Assembly: GCA_046483305.1 (NCBI GenBank)
Contig: JAWODM010000066.1
Span: forward strand, 37,384-101,383
Reading direction: 5' to 3'
Source of the DNA: Candidatus Krumholzibacteriales bacterium
Lineage (GTDB): Bacteria > Krumholzibacteriota > Krumholzibacteriia > Krumholzibacteriales > WJIX01
DNA length: 64,000 nt
The translations under genes and the position numbers were made by a program. The notes under the pieces were generated by a model. The model was not told the DNA's origin, searched no databases, and saw only the letters and a program-made list of their open reading frames with translations. Positions 10,643 to 20,312 of this stretch are shown piece after piece. Numbering within the stretch: position 1 is the first letter of the stretch; every line of letters starts with the position of its first letter.

Positions 10643-10855
10643 AATACATTCCTATTCGGGGCGGCATTAAAATTATTTTATAAGCGTTTGTTATATAATA
10701 AAATAAGCCGTTTATACGAATCAGGGAAAATGCACTGTAATTTCACTATTTGTAACATATTGGTTACAGAAGACGGATGATCAATTCATACTCTGCTGTA
10801 TATATCTGATAATAGCGAAACAAGAAAAAGCAGAAACAGTAACATAATTGTTACA
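10638..10855 (-). promoter_or_regulatory. Putative sigma54 promoter with an IHF-like site and two palindromic upstream activator sites
   Basis: Minus strand AGGAATGTATTATGCA gives GG-N10-GC (10652-10639); TAACAAACGCTTA resembles the IHF consensus (10693-10681); two GTAAC-N6-GTTAC palindromes at 10752-10767 and 10839-10854. Confidence 0.45.
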
Positions 10856-10882
10856 AGAGACTGAAATGGATCAGTAACCCTG

Positions 10883-11863
10883 TTATTGCTGATGCCACCA
10901 TTCCCTCAATCTGCCGAAGCGTTCGCTTAGTCTGGATATGAAAACAGTAGCCGGCGAAAGGTCCTCTGCCTGACTCTCGCCGGTGATAAGCCTGTCCGGA
11001 GAATAACAAGGGCATACCCTGACTATACAGGGTTTGGGGGAATCATACAGCTCGAAACCGGTAAAGATATTTCCGAGAAGCCGGAAGTCACCGGCGCAGC
11101 GCACCACATCGCCGTTGCTCAGGACTCTTATCAGGTTCCGGCCGGCGCTGCAACTGAGCCCTGACCGGCTCCTGGGCCCTATACCTCGGTCTGATGTATC
11201 AGGCGAGAATGACCTGATTATCTCCTTCTCCCCGGCAGTATATGCCGCGGGGTATTTGCGCCCCCTGAATACACCCTTGAACGGTTTAATAGTCAGGTTC
11301 ACACCGCGCTCAATAAAGCGCTGATAATCACCCTTTACCCGGTCGAAAAGCGGCGGGTACATCACGTAATTAACATCCAGGCTGTAGCCGCTCTCTTTCA
11401 GTTTAAGGACATTATCCAGAAACCTGTCCAGCCCTCCGCCCACTCTTTCCCGTTCGAGTATATGAGTCGAAGCGAAGATATATTCAACCTTCTCCGGAGG
11501 CGCCTTCCGGATAAACCTGTTAATATCTCCGACCGCAAGATTGGTGTCCAGGGCTATCATGAACTCTTCGTGCTCGATAATCCGCGAGCAAATCTCCATG
11601 AAGCGGGGATAAACGAATGGCTCTCCGCCGGTAAACCCGAAGGTAACCTGCATCCCGGTCTCCGAAAACCTGGCCAGGACATTATCAAGTTCGTCATAGA
11701 GGTCGAAACGGCTGGAGGGAGTTTTTTTCAGAAATTTCTTTATTTTATGAAGAACTCTCCTGAACCCCCTGGGGTTTACTATGGAGCAGTACTCACAAGA
11801 GAAATTACACTTCTCCGTTATAAACCAGTTAACGAAACATCTTTCAGGCAGGTTCCCGCTCAA
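10883..11863 (-). CDS. Radical SAM protein with a C-terminal SPASM/twitch-like Cys cluster
   Basis: CNFSCEYC (CxxxCxxC), FTGGEPF, DTNL, and CSAG...NGDVVRC...LGNI...C...C.C. Confidence 0.88.
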   Translation of the reverse strand: MSGNLPERCFVNWFITEKCNFSCEYCSIVNPRGFRRVLHKIKKFLKKTPSSRFDLYDELDNVLARFSETGMQVTFGFTGGEPFVYPRFMEICSRIIEHEEFMIALDTNLAVGDINRFIRKAPPEKVEYIFASTHILERERVGGGLDRFLDNVLKLKESGYSLDVNYVMYPPLFDRVKGDYQRFIERGVNLTIKPFKGVFRGRKYPAAYTAGEKEIIRSFSPDTSDRGIGPRSRSGLSCSAGRNLIRVLSNGDVVRCAGDFRLLGNIFTGFELYDSPKPCIVRVCPCYSPDRLITGESQAEDLSPATVFISRLSERFGRLREWWHQQ

Positions 11864-11890
11864 AATAGATCCGCTCCTGTTACCGCAGGC

Positions 11891-11932
11891 AAAAAAAAGG
11901 GCCGGAGAGGCCTCTCGGAGGGCCTCCCCGGC
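11891..11932 (-). terminator. Intrinsic terminator after the POT transporter gene
   Basis: Minus strand GCCGGGGAGGCC...GGCCTCTCCGGC hairpin followed by CC and T8. Confidence 0.7.
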
Positions 11933-11944
11933 ATCATGCTCAAC

Positions 11945-13609
11945 TTAAGATTCTGACGCTCTCTCCAGTTTCTTCATAACCGAGAATATCAGAATAGCAG
12001 AGAGGAAACAGAGAACTATCAGAAGCAGGAAGAACTGCCACAGTTCCCATATTTCCCAGAAGTATCCAACCAGGCCCGCCATAAGGTTTCCTACGGCAGT
12101 GGCTGCCAGCCAGCCTCCCTGCATGGTACCCTTGTATTTGGGCGGGGACACCTTCGAAACGAAGGATATACCCATCGGAGACAGGCATAACTCCGCTATG
12201 GTAACCGTAAAATACGTTCCTATCAGCCAGTAAGGAGACCTGACCGCCTCGGAAACACCTCCCTGAAGAGTGTTGGGAGACTTGAGGCCTACCGAGGCCA
12301 GCATCATCAGCCCGAAGGAGATACCGGTTATTATCATACCGATACCTATCTTCTTGGGTGTACTCGGTTCCTTATCTCTCTTCTGCAGGAAGGAGAAGAA
12401 CCCGATAACTAATGGAGTGAGGAACACGATGAATATCGGGTTGAAATGCTGGAACATCTGAGGGCTTATCCGCATGGTGTCATTATATCCACTGATAACT
12501 ATATACGAGATTATCAGGCCCGCTACAAAGAGAACTCCGCCGATAACCCTCTCTCTTCCCTTGCTCGTCTTCCGCAGCAGGAAAACCAGCCCTATAATAG
12601 CTCCTATCACCGGCAGGAAAGATTTAAGGTTAAAGAACGTATATGTCAGGTCGCTGACCTTCCTGGCGGTGTAATCCCTGGCGAATATACTGAGCGTAAA
12701 TCCGTTCTGGTGGAATGTCATCCAGAAGAACATCACCACAAAGAATACAAAGAAAAGCGCGAACAGGCGGTCTTTGGTCTGCTGGGGAGTAAGCTCGACG
12801 ACCTGGTCCCTGTGTTCTTCGCTCATCGACTTCTGCTTTTCGGTCATGTCCGCCGACTTGTAATGCTTTCTGAAAATCACAAAGATCAGCAGCGAGATTA
12901 TCATGCTTACCGCAGCTACGGCGAACGCTCCGTTATACGCGGAACTTACGCTATTCAGGTAACTCGAAGCGAATGTTCCCAGATCGGCAGGGACTGACCC
13001 CAGCTGTTCGGCGGCCAGTTCCTTGAACTCTTCCAGGTTTTCGAGATTGTTATTAATGTACCTGTTCCCCAGATCAACTATCCTCTGGTTATAAAAGAAG
13101 CCATCCTTGCCGAGAATCCAGTTTATGGCGCCGGTAGCCGCCGAAGGGGCAAAGAAGGCTCCTATGTTTATCCCCATATAAAAGATATTGAAGGCGTAAT
13201 CCCTCACATGCTCGTACTTGGGGTGATCGTACATATTGCCGACCAGGGCCTGAAGGTTACCCTTGAACAGTCCTGTTCCGGCAGCGATTACAAAGAGCGA
13301 TATGGCGAGAAGGATATAACCCTTCCCCGGAATTGCCAGTAATCCATACCCCACGAACAGTACCACCGTTCCCAGTGCAATGGTCTTTCCATATCCCAGC
13401 CATTGATCGGCTATCATACCTCCAAACAGTGGAAGAAAGTATATTCCGAACAGGAAGGCGCCGTAAACAGCCCCCGCTGTCTGGGCATTCCACTGAAAAG
13501 TAGCCTGGAGATAGTACACAAAAATTGAAAGCATCGTATAGTAGCCGAATCTCTCGCCCATATTGGCGAAGAAGGCCACGAACAATCCTTTCGGGTGTTC
13601 TTTTAGCAT
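11945..13609 (-). CDS. POT/PTR family proton-dependent di/tripeptide MFS transporter
   Basis: HPKGL...ERFGYY, GTGLFKGN, FYMGINIGAF, AELCLSP; many TM segments. Confidence 0.93.
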   Translation of the reverse strand: MLKEHPKGLFVAFFANMGERFGYYTMLSIFVYYLQATFQWNAQTAGAVYGAFLFGIYFLPLFGGMIADQWLGYGKTIALGTVVLFVGYGLLAIPGKGYILLAISLFVIAAGTGLFKGNLQALVGNMYDHPKYEHVRDYAFNIFYMGINIGAFFAPSAATGAINWILGKDGFFYNQRIVDLGNRYINNNLENLEEFKELAAEQLGSVPADLGTFASSYLNSVSSAYNGAFAVAAVSMIISLLIFVIFRKHYKSADMTEKQKSMSEEHRDQVVELTPQQTKDRLFALFFVFFVVMFFWMTFHQNGFTLSIFARDYTARKVSDLTYTFFNLKSFLPVIGAIIGLVFLLRKTSKGRERVIGGVLFVAGLIISYIVISGYNDTMRISPQMFQHFNPIFIVFLTPLVIGFFSFLQKRDKEPSTPKKIGIGMIITGISFGLMMLASVGLKSPNTLQGGVSEAVRSPYWLIGTYFTVTIAELCLSPMGISFVSKVSPPKYKGTMQGGWLAATAVGNLMAGLVGYFWEIWELWQFFLLLIVLCFLSAILIFSVMKKLERASES

Positions 13610-13763
13610 ATCAACTCCTTCGGAATAAAAGAATGGTGATAAAGCTTTAATTCTCCTGCCTGAATCCGCGGTTTCCTTCCTTTTAGGGTATGCTTCATCA
13701 CCTCCTTGACAGCTGCACGCAGGATTGACCTATCTTTAAATATTCAGAAGCAGATTTCAAGGA

Positions 13764-14414
13764 TTATTTATTCTGCTCCTTTATTAGTTTTTTCAGTCCC
13801 TTCAGATCCACCAGCTCGAATATCATTCTGGAATCGTCCCTGGTTCCCCCCGAAACCGTAACTACCGCGCCACCGCGAATAGCCGATATTTCGCCATCTT
13901 CCTTATCCTCTCCAATCAGAACATCCCATCCGTCCTTCTCCTCAATGGTCGGCACCTCCGCTCCATGCTGTTTGGCCGCCATCTGCATCATGGGATTGTC
14001 CTTCAACGACTTTACTGCAAGCTCGTACTGGTTGTAAATCTTGGGAGAGTTGGAAATCATAAGTGCTACCCTGGTCCCGTCCGACTCCCTGGTGTAGTCC
14101 CTTGAGACCGAGTTGGTGGCGATAGACATCTCATTTGAGCTAACTGTCCCGGTCTGGACATCAATCTCATCCCCGGCCCAGCCTGACGGAGGTTCGGGAA
14201 TGAATGCCCGCAATGATACGGCTGTCTTTTTCTGAATGACCCCGGCAATGCGGCTGAATATATCCGCTGCCTTATTGTACTTCCCATCCCTGTAAGCCTC
14301 TCTGCCCTTTTCAATCAGTTTCTCGACATCCTCCTCCTGGCCGGCGGAAAGGGCCGGGACAGCCAGAGCGGCCAGCAGTACAACTGCCAATAGTAACCGG
14401 ATACCGCGTTTCAT
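13764..14414 (-). CDS. Hypothetical exported protein
   Basis: Signal peptide (…ALSA), GAAGGAGG RBS; no family recognised. Confidence 0.7.
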   Translation of the reverse strand: MKRGIRLLLAVVLLAALAVPALSAGQEEDVEKLIEKGREAYRDGKYNKAADIFSRIAGVIQKKTAVSLRAFIPEPPSGWAGDEIDVQTGTVSSNEMSIATNSVSRDYTRESDGTRVALMISNSPKIYNQYELAVKSLKDNPMMQMAAKQHGAEVPTIEEKDGWDVLIGEDKEDGEISAIRGGAVVTVSGGTRDDSRMIFELVDLKGLKKLIKEQNK

Positions 14415-14519
14415 AATAAACCTCCTTCGATTAATCCTTCAAGCAACCAGCATTATACGAAAAAATATTATATATTAAAATTGCCGGAACTGTAAACATT
14501 ATTGAATCCCGAATCCGGG

Positions 14520-15917
14520 TCAGCTCCATCCACTGAGTACCGGCCAGATCAGCAGAATCAGGGAAATAAAGAAGAAACAGACCTGCATGGGGAAATTCCA
14601 CCGGAACCATTTCTCGTAAGGTATCCTGGCCATCGCCAGGGTTCCCACCGTAACTCCCGATGTGGGTATAATCATATTGGTGAAACCGTCCCCCAGCTGG
14701 TAGGCCAGCACTGCGGTCTGCCTGGTAATGCCTGAAAGGTCCGCCAGGGGGGCCATCACCGGCATGGTCAGCGCCGCCTTGGTTGATCCGCTCGGTATGA
14801 AGAAGTTGAACACCAGCTGGATAACGTACTGAACGTCGGCGGCGATGATCCTGGGCATCCCGGAGACCGACTGCGCCATATAATAAAGGATGGTATCCAT
14901 TATACCGCCCTGCTCCAGAATCACGATAATACCTCCCACGAAGCCGACTACCAGCGCGGCGGATACTATATCCCCGCACCCCTTTATGAAGAAATTCGCT
15001 ATCTCGTTCATTCCCTGCCCCGCCACTATGGCGCTGGCCAGCCCCATCGCCAGGAAAAGCCCCGCTATCTCCTTGATGTACCACTGGAAGAGAATCACTC
15101 CCACTATCATGGATACAATCCCGGCCAGAAGAATCAACAGGCAGGCGCCGTGCCTCCAGGTAAACTCTCTGATCGAATCCTGCTGCCTCTTCAGCTCCCG
15201 GCGCCTTTTCTCGTCGTAATCGTGCATGGAGCTCCTACGCGGCTCTTTCTTTATCCTGGCCGCGTAAACCATCACCCAGGCGATGGTGAAACCGGTCACT
15301 ATGAACCATATAATCACCCGGTATCCCATTCCGGACAGCGGTTTTATGCCGGAGAGCCCCTGTGCGATCTGCAGAGTGAAAGGATTGATGAACGCCCCGG
15401 CGAACCCTACACCGGCGGCAAGGAAAGTAAGGCATACCCCCACTATCGAATCGTACCCCAGGCTTATAGCCAGGGGAACGAATATCAGAACGAAAGGCAT
15501 CGCCTCCTCGCACATCCCGAAAACCGCCCCGAACAGCGAGAAGATGATCATCACTATCGGAATGATCAGGAATTCCCTGCCTTCCAGCACATCCACCAGC
15601 TTCCCGATCCCGGCTGTTATTGAACCGGTCTCGTTAAGCATATAGAAAGCTCCTCCCACAATGAAGATGAAGGCAATGATCTCGGCCAGCTTAAGAAATC
15701 CCTTTATCGGAGCGGTGAATATTTCCAGGCCCTGCGGGTTGGACTCTGTTTTCTTGAAGGTCCCCTCCACGATGACAGTACGCTCCACCCCTTTGACCTC
15801 CTTCTGCTCCCTGTCGTATTCTCCCCCCGGAAGTATCCAGGTCAGAACGGCGGAGATGACAATCAGGGCAAATACAATCACGAAGACGTTGGGGATCTTT
15901 TTCATACCTTCCTCCAC
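14520..15917 (-). CDS. YfcC family (DcuC-like) putative amino acid/dipeptide antiporter
   Basis: TWILPGGEY, FIVGGAF, NPFTLQIAQ, IPSGS, AYQLGDG motifs; highly hydrophobic. Confidence 0.88.
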   Translation of the reverse strand: MEEGMKKIPNVFVIVFALIVISAVLTWILPGGEYDREQKEVKGVERTVIVEGTFKKTESNPQGLEIFTAPIKGFLKLAEIIAFIFIVGGAFYMLNETGSITAGIGKLVDVLEGREFLIIPIVMIIFSLFGAVFGMCEEAMPFVLIFVPLAISLGYDSIVGVCLTFLAAGVGFAGAFINPFTLQIAQGLSGIKPLSGMGYRVIIWFIVTGFTIAWVMVYAARIKKEPRRSSMHDYDEKRRRELKRQQDSIREFTWRHGACLLILLAGIVSMIVGVILFQWYIKEIAGLFLAMGLASAIVAGQGMNEIANFFIKGCGDIVSAALVVGFVGGIIVILEQGGIMDTILYYMAQSVSGMPRIIAADVQYVIQLVFNFFIPSGSTKAALTMPVMAPLADLSGITRQTAVLAYQLGDGFTNMIIPTSGVTVGTLAMARIPYEKWFRWNFPMQVCFFFISLILLIWPVLSGWS

Positions 15918-16243
15918 GTGGGCTTATAAAAAATATTCATACATCGATATTAACCGGCCGGCCCGGTTCAGGTTGTTATAATAAACTAATATCTCAGGCG
16001 GGTAAAACCAAATTCCGGGGAATCGGGAATGCCCCGCTCTACCGATTCAGAGCCTGGTTATTCGCGTTTGGGATCTCGCATAGACAGAAGGAACGCAAAA
16101 ATTTTTTGTTGATATTGGAACTTGATTTTCAATATTTTATATAAATAATCAAAACATCAACTGTTTCAGGCTTCGGTCAGTTCAGGAGCCTGAATTTTAT
16201 TGAAGTTAATCATTTACGGCAAACAACCGGGGAGCGGAGAATC

Positions 16244-17233
16244 ATGGCAATAGACGTAAAACAGATCGGAGAAAAGGTAAAGAAAGAGAGCGAGACTCTT
16301 CAGAAGATCAAGGCTGAATTCGCCAGGGTAATAGTGGGGCAGGAATACCTCATAGACAGGTTCCTGATAGGGCTTATCTGCAATAACCATATTCTGATCG
16401 AGGGAGTTCCGGGGCTGGCCAAGACGCTGGCCATCACCACCCTTTCCAGAACCATTCAGGCGGGATTTCAGAGGATTCAGTTCACCCCTGACCTTCTCCC
16501 GGCGGACCTTCTGGGGACATTGATCTACAACCCGCGGTCGGGAGAGTTCACCACCAAGAAGGGCCCGCTCTTCACCAATATAATCCTGGCCGACGAAATC
16601 AACCGGGCCCCCGCCAAGGTTCAGAGCGCCCTTCTGGAGGCGATGCAGGAAAGGCAGATTACCATCGGCAAGGAAAGCTTCATGCTGGACGATCCGTTCA
16701 TGGTGCTGGCCACCCAGAACCCTATCGAGCAGGAAGGGACCTATCCCCTGCCGGAGGCGCAGGTGGACAGGTTCATGCTGAAGCTGAAGATAACCTATCC
16801 CAGCCAGGAGGAGGAGAAGGAGATACTGAAGAGAATGGCAACTTCCAATCCGGATGTGCGGGTAGATCCGGTAATCGAACCCTCCGATATCAGCCGGCTG
16901 AGAAAACTGAACGACGAGATCTATATGGATGAAAAGGTGGAGGATTACATACTGGATATTGTGCAGGCGACCAGGAACCCGGAAAAGTACGACATGGAGA
17001 TTAAGGACCTGATCCGATACGGCGCTTCACCCAGGGCTACACTTTTCCTGGCCATGGCGTCGAGAGCTTACGCCTTCCTGCAGGGAAGGGGTTACGTCAC
17101 CCCCCAGGATGTAAAATCGATAGGGATGGATGTTCTGAGGCACAGGGTGATAATCACCTACGAGGCGGAAGCCGAGGAAAAACAGCCCGAGGATATCGTG
17201 GAAACCATATTCGATACAGTACCGGTGCCTTAA
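16244..17233 (+). CDS. moxR: MoxR family AAA+ ATPase
   Basis: EGVPGLAKT, RIQFTPDLLPAD, LADEINRAPAKVQSALLEAM, ATQNPIEQEGTYPLPEAQVDRF. Confidence 0.96.
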   Translation: MAIDVKQIGEKVKKESETLQKIKAEFARVIVGQEYLIDRFLIGLICNNHILIEGVPGLAKTLAITTLSRTIQAGFQRIQFTPDLLPADLLGTLIYNPRSGEFTTKKGPLFTNIILADEINRAPAKVQSALLEAMQERQITIGKESFMLDDPFMVLATQNPIEQEGTYPLPEAQVDRFMLKLKITYPSQEEEKEILKRMATSNPDVRVDPVIEPSDISRLRKLNDEIYMDEKVEDYILDIVQATRNPEKYDMEIKDLIRYGASPRATLFLAMASRAYAFLQGRGYVTPQDVKSIGMDVLRHRVIITYEAEAEEKQPEDIVETIFDTVPVP

Positions 17234-17282
17234 GAGAGTAACTTTAAAGCTGAATATATAACCTCAACCGCATTTAACAGAT

Positions 17283-18158
17283 ATGATACCCAGGGAACTG
17301 GCAAAAAAGATCAGGGTGCTCCAGATAACCACCAACAAGGTGGTCAATGATATCCTCGCCGGCGAGTACAAGAGCGTGTTCAAGGGGCGGGGCATGGAGT
17401 TCGAGGAAGTCAGGGAGTACTCTCCCGGCGACGATATCCGAACCATCGACTGGAACGTTACCGCCCGTACCGGCAAACCATACGTCAAAACCTATGTGGA
17501 AGAGCGTGAACTGACCATCATGTTCATCGTGGATATGTCCGCCTCCGGAGAGTTCGGAAGCGTAAACAAGCTCAAGAATGAAGTGGCGGCGGAGCTCTGC
17601 GCCCTGCTGGCATTCTCCGCTGTCAAAAACAATGACAAGGTCGGCCTGATACTGTTCACCGACCGGGTTGAGAAATTCATCCCGCCCAAGAAGGGAACCA
17701 CCCATGTCCTCAGGGTTATCCGGGAACTTCTCAGTTTCAAACCGAAGAAGAGCAGCACCGATATAGCCGGGGCCCTGGATTACTTCGGGAGGATCGCATC
17801 CAAGAGCGCGGTGGTATTTCTGGTATCAGACTTCCTGGCTGAAGGATTCGAGAAACCGATGAGCATTATCAGCAAGAAGCACGACCTGATCGCCGCCACT
17901 GTAATAGATCCCCGGGAGAAATCGCTCCCCGACGTGGGCCTGGTGGAGCTGGAAGATGCCGAGACCGGCGAAACAATTCTGATAGATACCGGAAGCCGTG
18001 ATGTAAGAAACAGGTACAGGGACCTGGGAGAGCAGCAGTCCGGGCAGTTCAGAAACATGTTCTCATCCATGGGAGTGGATCATATAGAGATAAGGACCGA
18101 TAGGGATTACGTTCCCGAGCTGGTGAAGTTCTTCCGGATCAGGGAGAGAAGGTATTAA
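17283..18158 (+). CDS. DUF58 family protein (MoxR-associated, VWA-like)
   Basis: GRGMEFEEVREYSPGDDIRTIDWNVTAR, EEREL, LVSDFL. Confidence 0.93.
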   Translation: MIPRELAKKIRVLQITTNKVVNDILAGEYKSVFKGRGMEFEEVREYSPGDDIRTIDWNVTARTGKPYVKTYVEERELTIMFIVDMSASGEFGSVNKLKNEVAAELCALLAFSAVKNNDKVGLILFTDRVEKFIPPKKGTTHVLRVIRELLSFKPKKSSTDIAGALDYFGRIASKSAVVFLVSDFLAEGFEKPMSIISKKHDLIAATVIDPREKSLPDVGLVELEDAETGETILIDTGSRDVRNRYRDLGEQQSGQFRNMFSSMGVDHIEIRTDRDYVPELVKFFRIRERRY

Positions 18159-18191
18159 TACTCAAGTCACCGATAACCAAACGGAGAGATT

Positions 18192-19271
18192 ATGAGCAAC
18201 GAACTGAATCTGTCACTCAATGACGAAAATAAACAAGGGGGGTCCGGGGGGAAAGGGCTGTATATTCTGCTGGCCCTCACACTGATAATAGCTTCGGCGA
18301 CTCTTGCCACCGTAATTATCCTTCATGGCGGAGAAGCGCAAATCGGCGGCGGAGGGTCAGGAGAGCGCCTGGAAGAGCTGGCCCTGAAGCTGGAAAAGAG
18401 AGAATTGGGCGCGGAAGCTGCGGATGCCTGGAAGGAATATCTGGAAGCGGCCGATCCGGACCGGGAAGAGAGCGGGAAGATATGGTACCGGATAGGAAAA
18501 ATTTACCAGGAGAACGGCGATTACCCGGGGGCCCTGGCAGCATATTACCGGGCGGAGAGCTTCGGGCCGCTGGAAGGGCTGGAGAATGATATTTCCGGCA
18601 GAGTCACCGAATGCCTCGAGATGATGGGAAAATTCAGCGCTCTGGAGAGCGAACTGGCTGACAGGACATCGATATCCGAACGCCCCCCGGAAGGGAAGGT
18701 GATCGCGGAAATCGGAAGCAGAAAGATAACCGATACCGAGGTCAAGCAGATGATCGAGGACGAGATTGACAACGCCATAGAAGGGGCAGCGCCGGGCCTG
18801 GCCGGAGAACAGAGAAACAGGCAGAAGGAGATGATGATCGAAAACGCCATGAAACCGGAGAACCGGAAGCAGTGGATCAGCAACTACATCGCGAAAGAGC
18901 TGATCTACCGGGAAGCGGTCAGGGACGGCCTCCACCGCGACCCTGAATACAAACGGATTTGCGAAAAGGAAGAAAGGGACCTGCTGGTGCAGAGATACCT
19001 GAATCTGCTTTACGGCAGGAAGATCAATATTACTGAGGACACTCTCCGGGATTATTACCGGAATAACAGCAGTGAGTTCACCGGCGCCGACGGCGGGCAG
19101 CTCAATTTCGAAGAGGCCATGCAGCAGGTCTACGCCAGGGTAAGGATGAGAGAGGAAAACCGGGTGCAGCAGGAGCTGATGAACAGGCTCAGAGACAGCT
19201 ACGACATGGTCATTCACAGTTCCACCCTGAGCGCCCCTGCAGATTCACTGGGCAGCCTGCCCGTGGAATGA
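18192..19271 (+). CDS. Membrane-anchored TPR protein with a SurA/PrsA-like chaperone domain
   Basis: N-terminal TM; TPR (IWYRIGKIYQENGDYPGALAAY); VIAEIGSRKIT...ELIYREA...ITEDTLRDYYRNN resembles the foldase N/C domain. Confidence 0.6.
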   Translation: MSNELNLSLNDENKQGGSGGKGLYILLALTLIIASATLATVIILHGGEAQIGGGGSGERLEELALKLEKRELGAEAADAWKEYLEAADPDREESGKIWYRIGKIYQENGDYPGALAAYYRAESFGPLEGLENDISGRVTECLEMMGKFSALESELADRTSISERPPEGKVIAEIGSRKITDTEVKQMIEDEIDNAIEGAAPGLAGEQRNRQKEMMIENAMKPENRKQWISNYIAKELIYREAVRDGLHRDPEYKRICEKEERDLLVQRYLNLLYGRKINITEDTLRDYYRNNSSEFTGADGGQLNFEEAMQQVYARVRMREENRVQQELMNRLRDSYDMVIHSSTLSAPADSLGSLPVE

Positions 19272-20311
19272 TTATTATGAAAGTAACCACAAGATACATG
19301 AATATCTCCTTTCTTCTGTTGTTGACCGGCCTGTTTCTGGCAGGTTGCGGAGGCCAGAACGATGAAAACGCAGGAGGAAAGAGCTACCGGATTGACAGGG
19401 TATTCCGGAGGGGCCCGGTGAACTTCCGGGTAGCGGTAAGCAGCGGGGAGATAACCATAGCCGATAATATCGAGCTGCTGCTGCAGGTAGAATCGGAGCA
19501 GGGGTATACCGCGCAGCTTCCCACCTTCGGAGAAAAACTCGAGAATTTCGGGATAGTGGACTACCGGACCCTGGAGCCGGAACTGGAGGATGACGGAGCG
19601 GTGGTAAAATCCCGCACCTACCTGCTGGAGCCTTTCCTCTCCGGTGAATACACCATACCGCCGATGACTGTGGACTTTTGGAGCGATCAGGACACTACAG
19701 TTCATCATCTGAGCTCCGACACCATCAGGGTAAATGTTCTTTCCCTGATGCCCGGCGAAGACGATATGGAAGACGTTCTGGACCTGACCATACGGGATAT
19801 AGCGGGGCCGGAAGTGATGCCGGGCGAGATTCCCTGGGCATTGATAGCAACCGGCGCTGTCATACTGCTTGGAACAGGGGGAGTAGTAATATACAGGCGA
19901 AGAAAATCAAGACAGGGAGAACTTCCTTCCCCGGAGGCGCATGAGATAGCGCTGTCCCGGCTGAAGAGGCTGCTGGAGAGAGACCTGACCGGCCAGAAGC
20001 GGTATGTCGAATTCACCATAGAGGTATCAGACATACTTAGAGGGTATATCGAGGACCGGTTCGGGATACATGCCCCGGAGATGACCACCGAAGAGTTTCT
20101 TCATGAATCGGGAGACAGCGCCCTGCTTTCACCCGAACACAAAAAGATACTGGAGAGCTTCCTGACTCACAGCGACCTGGTCAAATTCGCCAGGCTGAAT
20201 CCGGCCGAAGAGGATGTTCAACGCACCTTCGATACCTGCAGAGATTTCATCAACGAAACGAAGATAGAGAGGGAGGTGAACGGGGAAAAAGCCCGGACAG
20301 CCCCAGCATGA
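19268..20311 (+). CDS. Bat-operon lipoprotein/membrane protein (BatD-like N-terminus, DUF4381-like C-terminus)
   Basis: Lipobox LAG-C; GEYTIPP; TM segment; LRGYIE.RF...APEMTTEE and DLVKFA motifs; position in the operon. Confidence 0.75.
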   Translation: MIIMKVTTRYMNISFLLLLTGLFLAGCGGQNDENAGGKSYRIDRVFRRGPVNFRVAVSSGEITIADNIELLLQVESEQGYTAQLPTFGEKLENFGIVDYRTLEPELEDDGAVVKSRTYLLEPFLSGEYTIPPMTVDFWSDQDTTVHHLSSDTIRVNVLSLMPGEDDMEDVLDLTIRDIAGPEVMPGEIPWALIATGAVILLGTGGVVIYRRRKSRQGELPSPEAHEIALSRLKRLLERDLTGQKRYVEFTIEVSDILRGYIEDRFGIHAPEMTTEEFLHESGDSALLSPEHKKILESFLTHSDLVKFARLNPAEEDVQRTFDTCRDFINETKIEREVNGEKARTAPA

Positions 20312-20312
20312 T

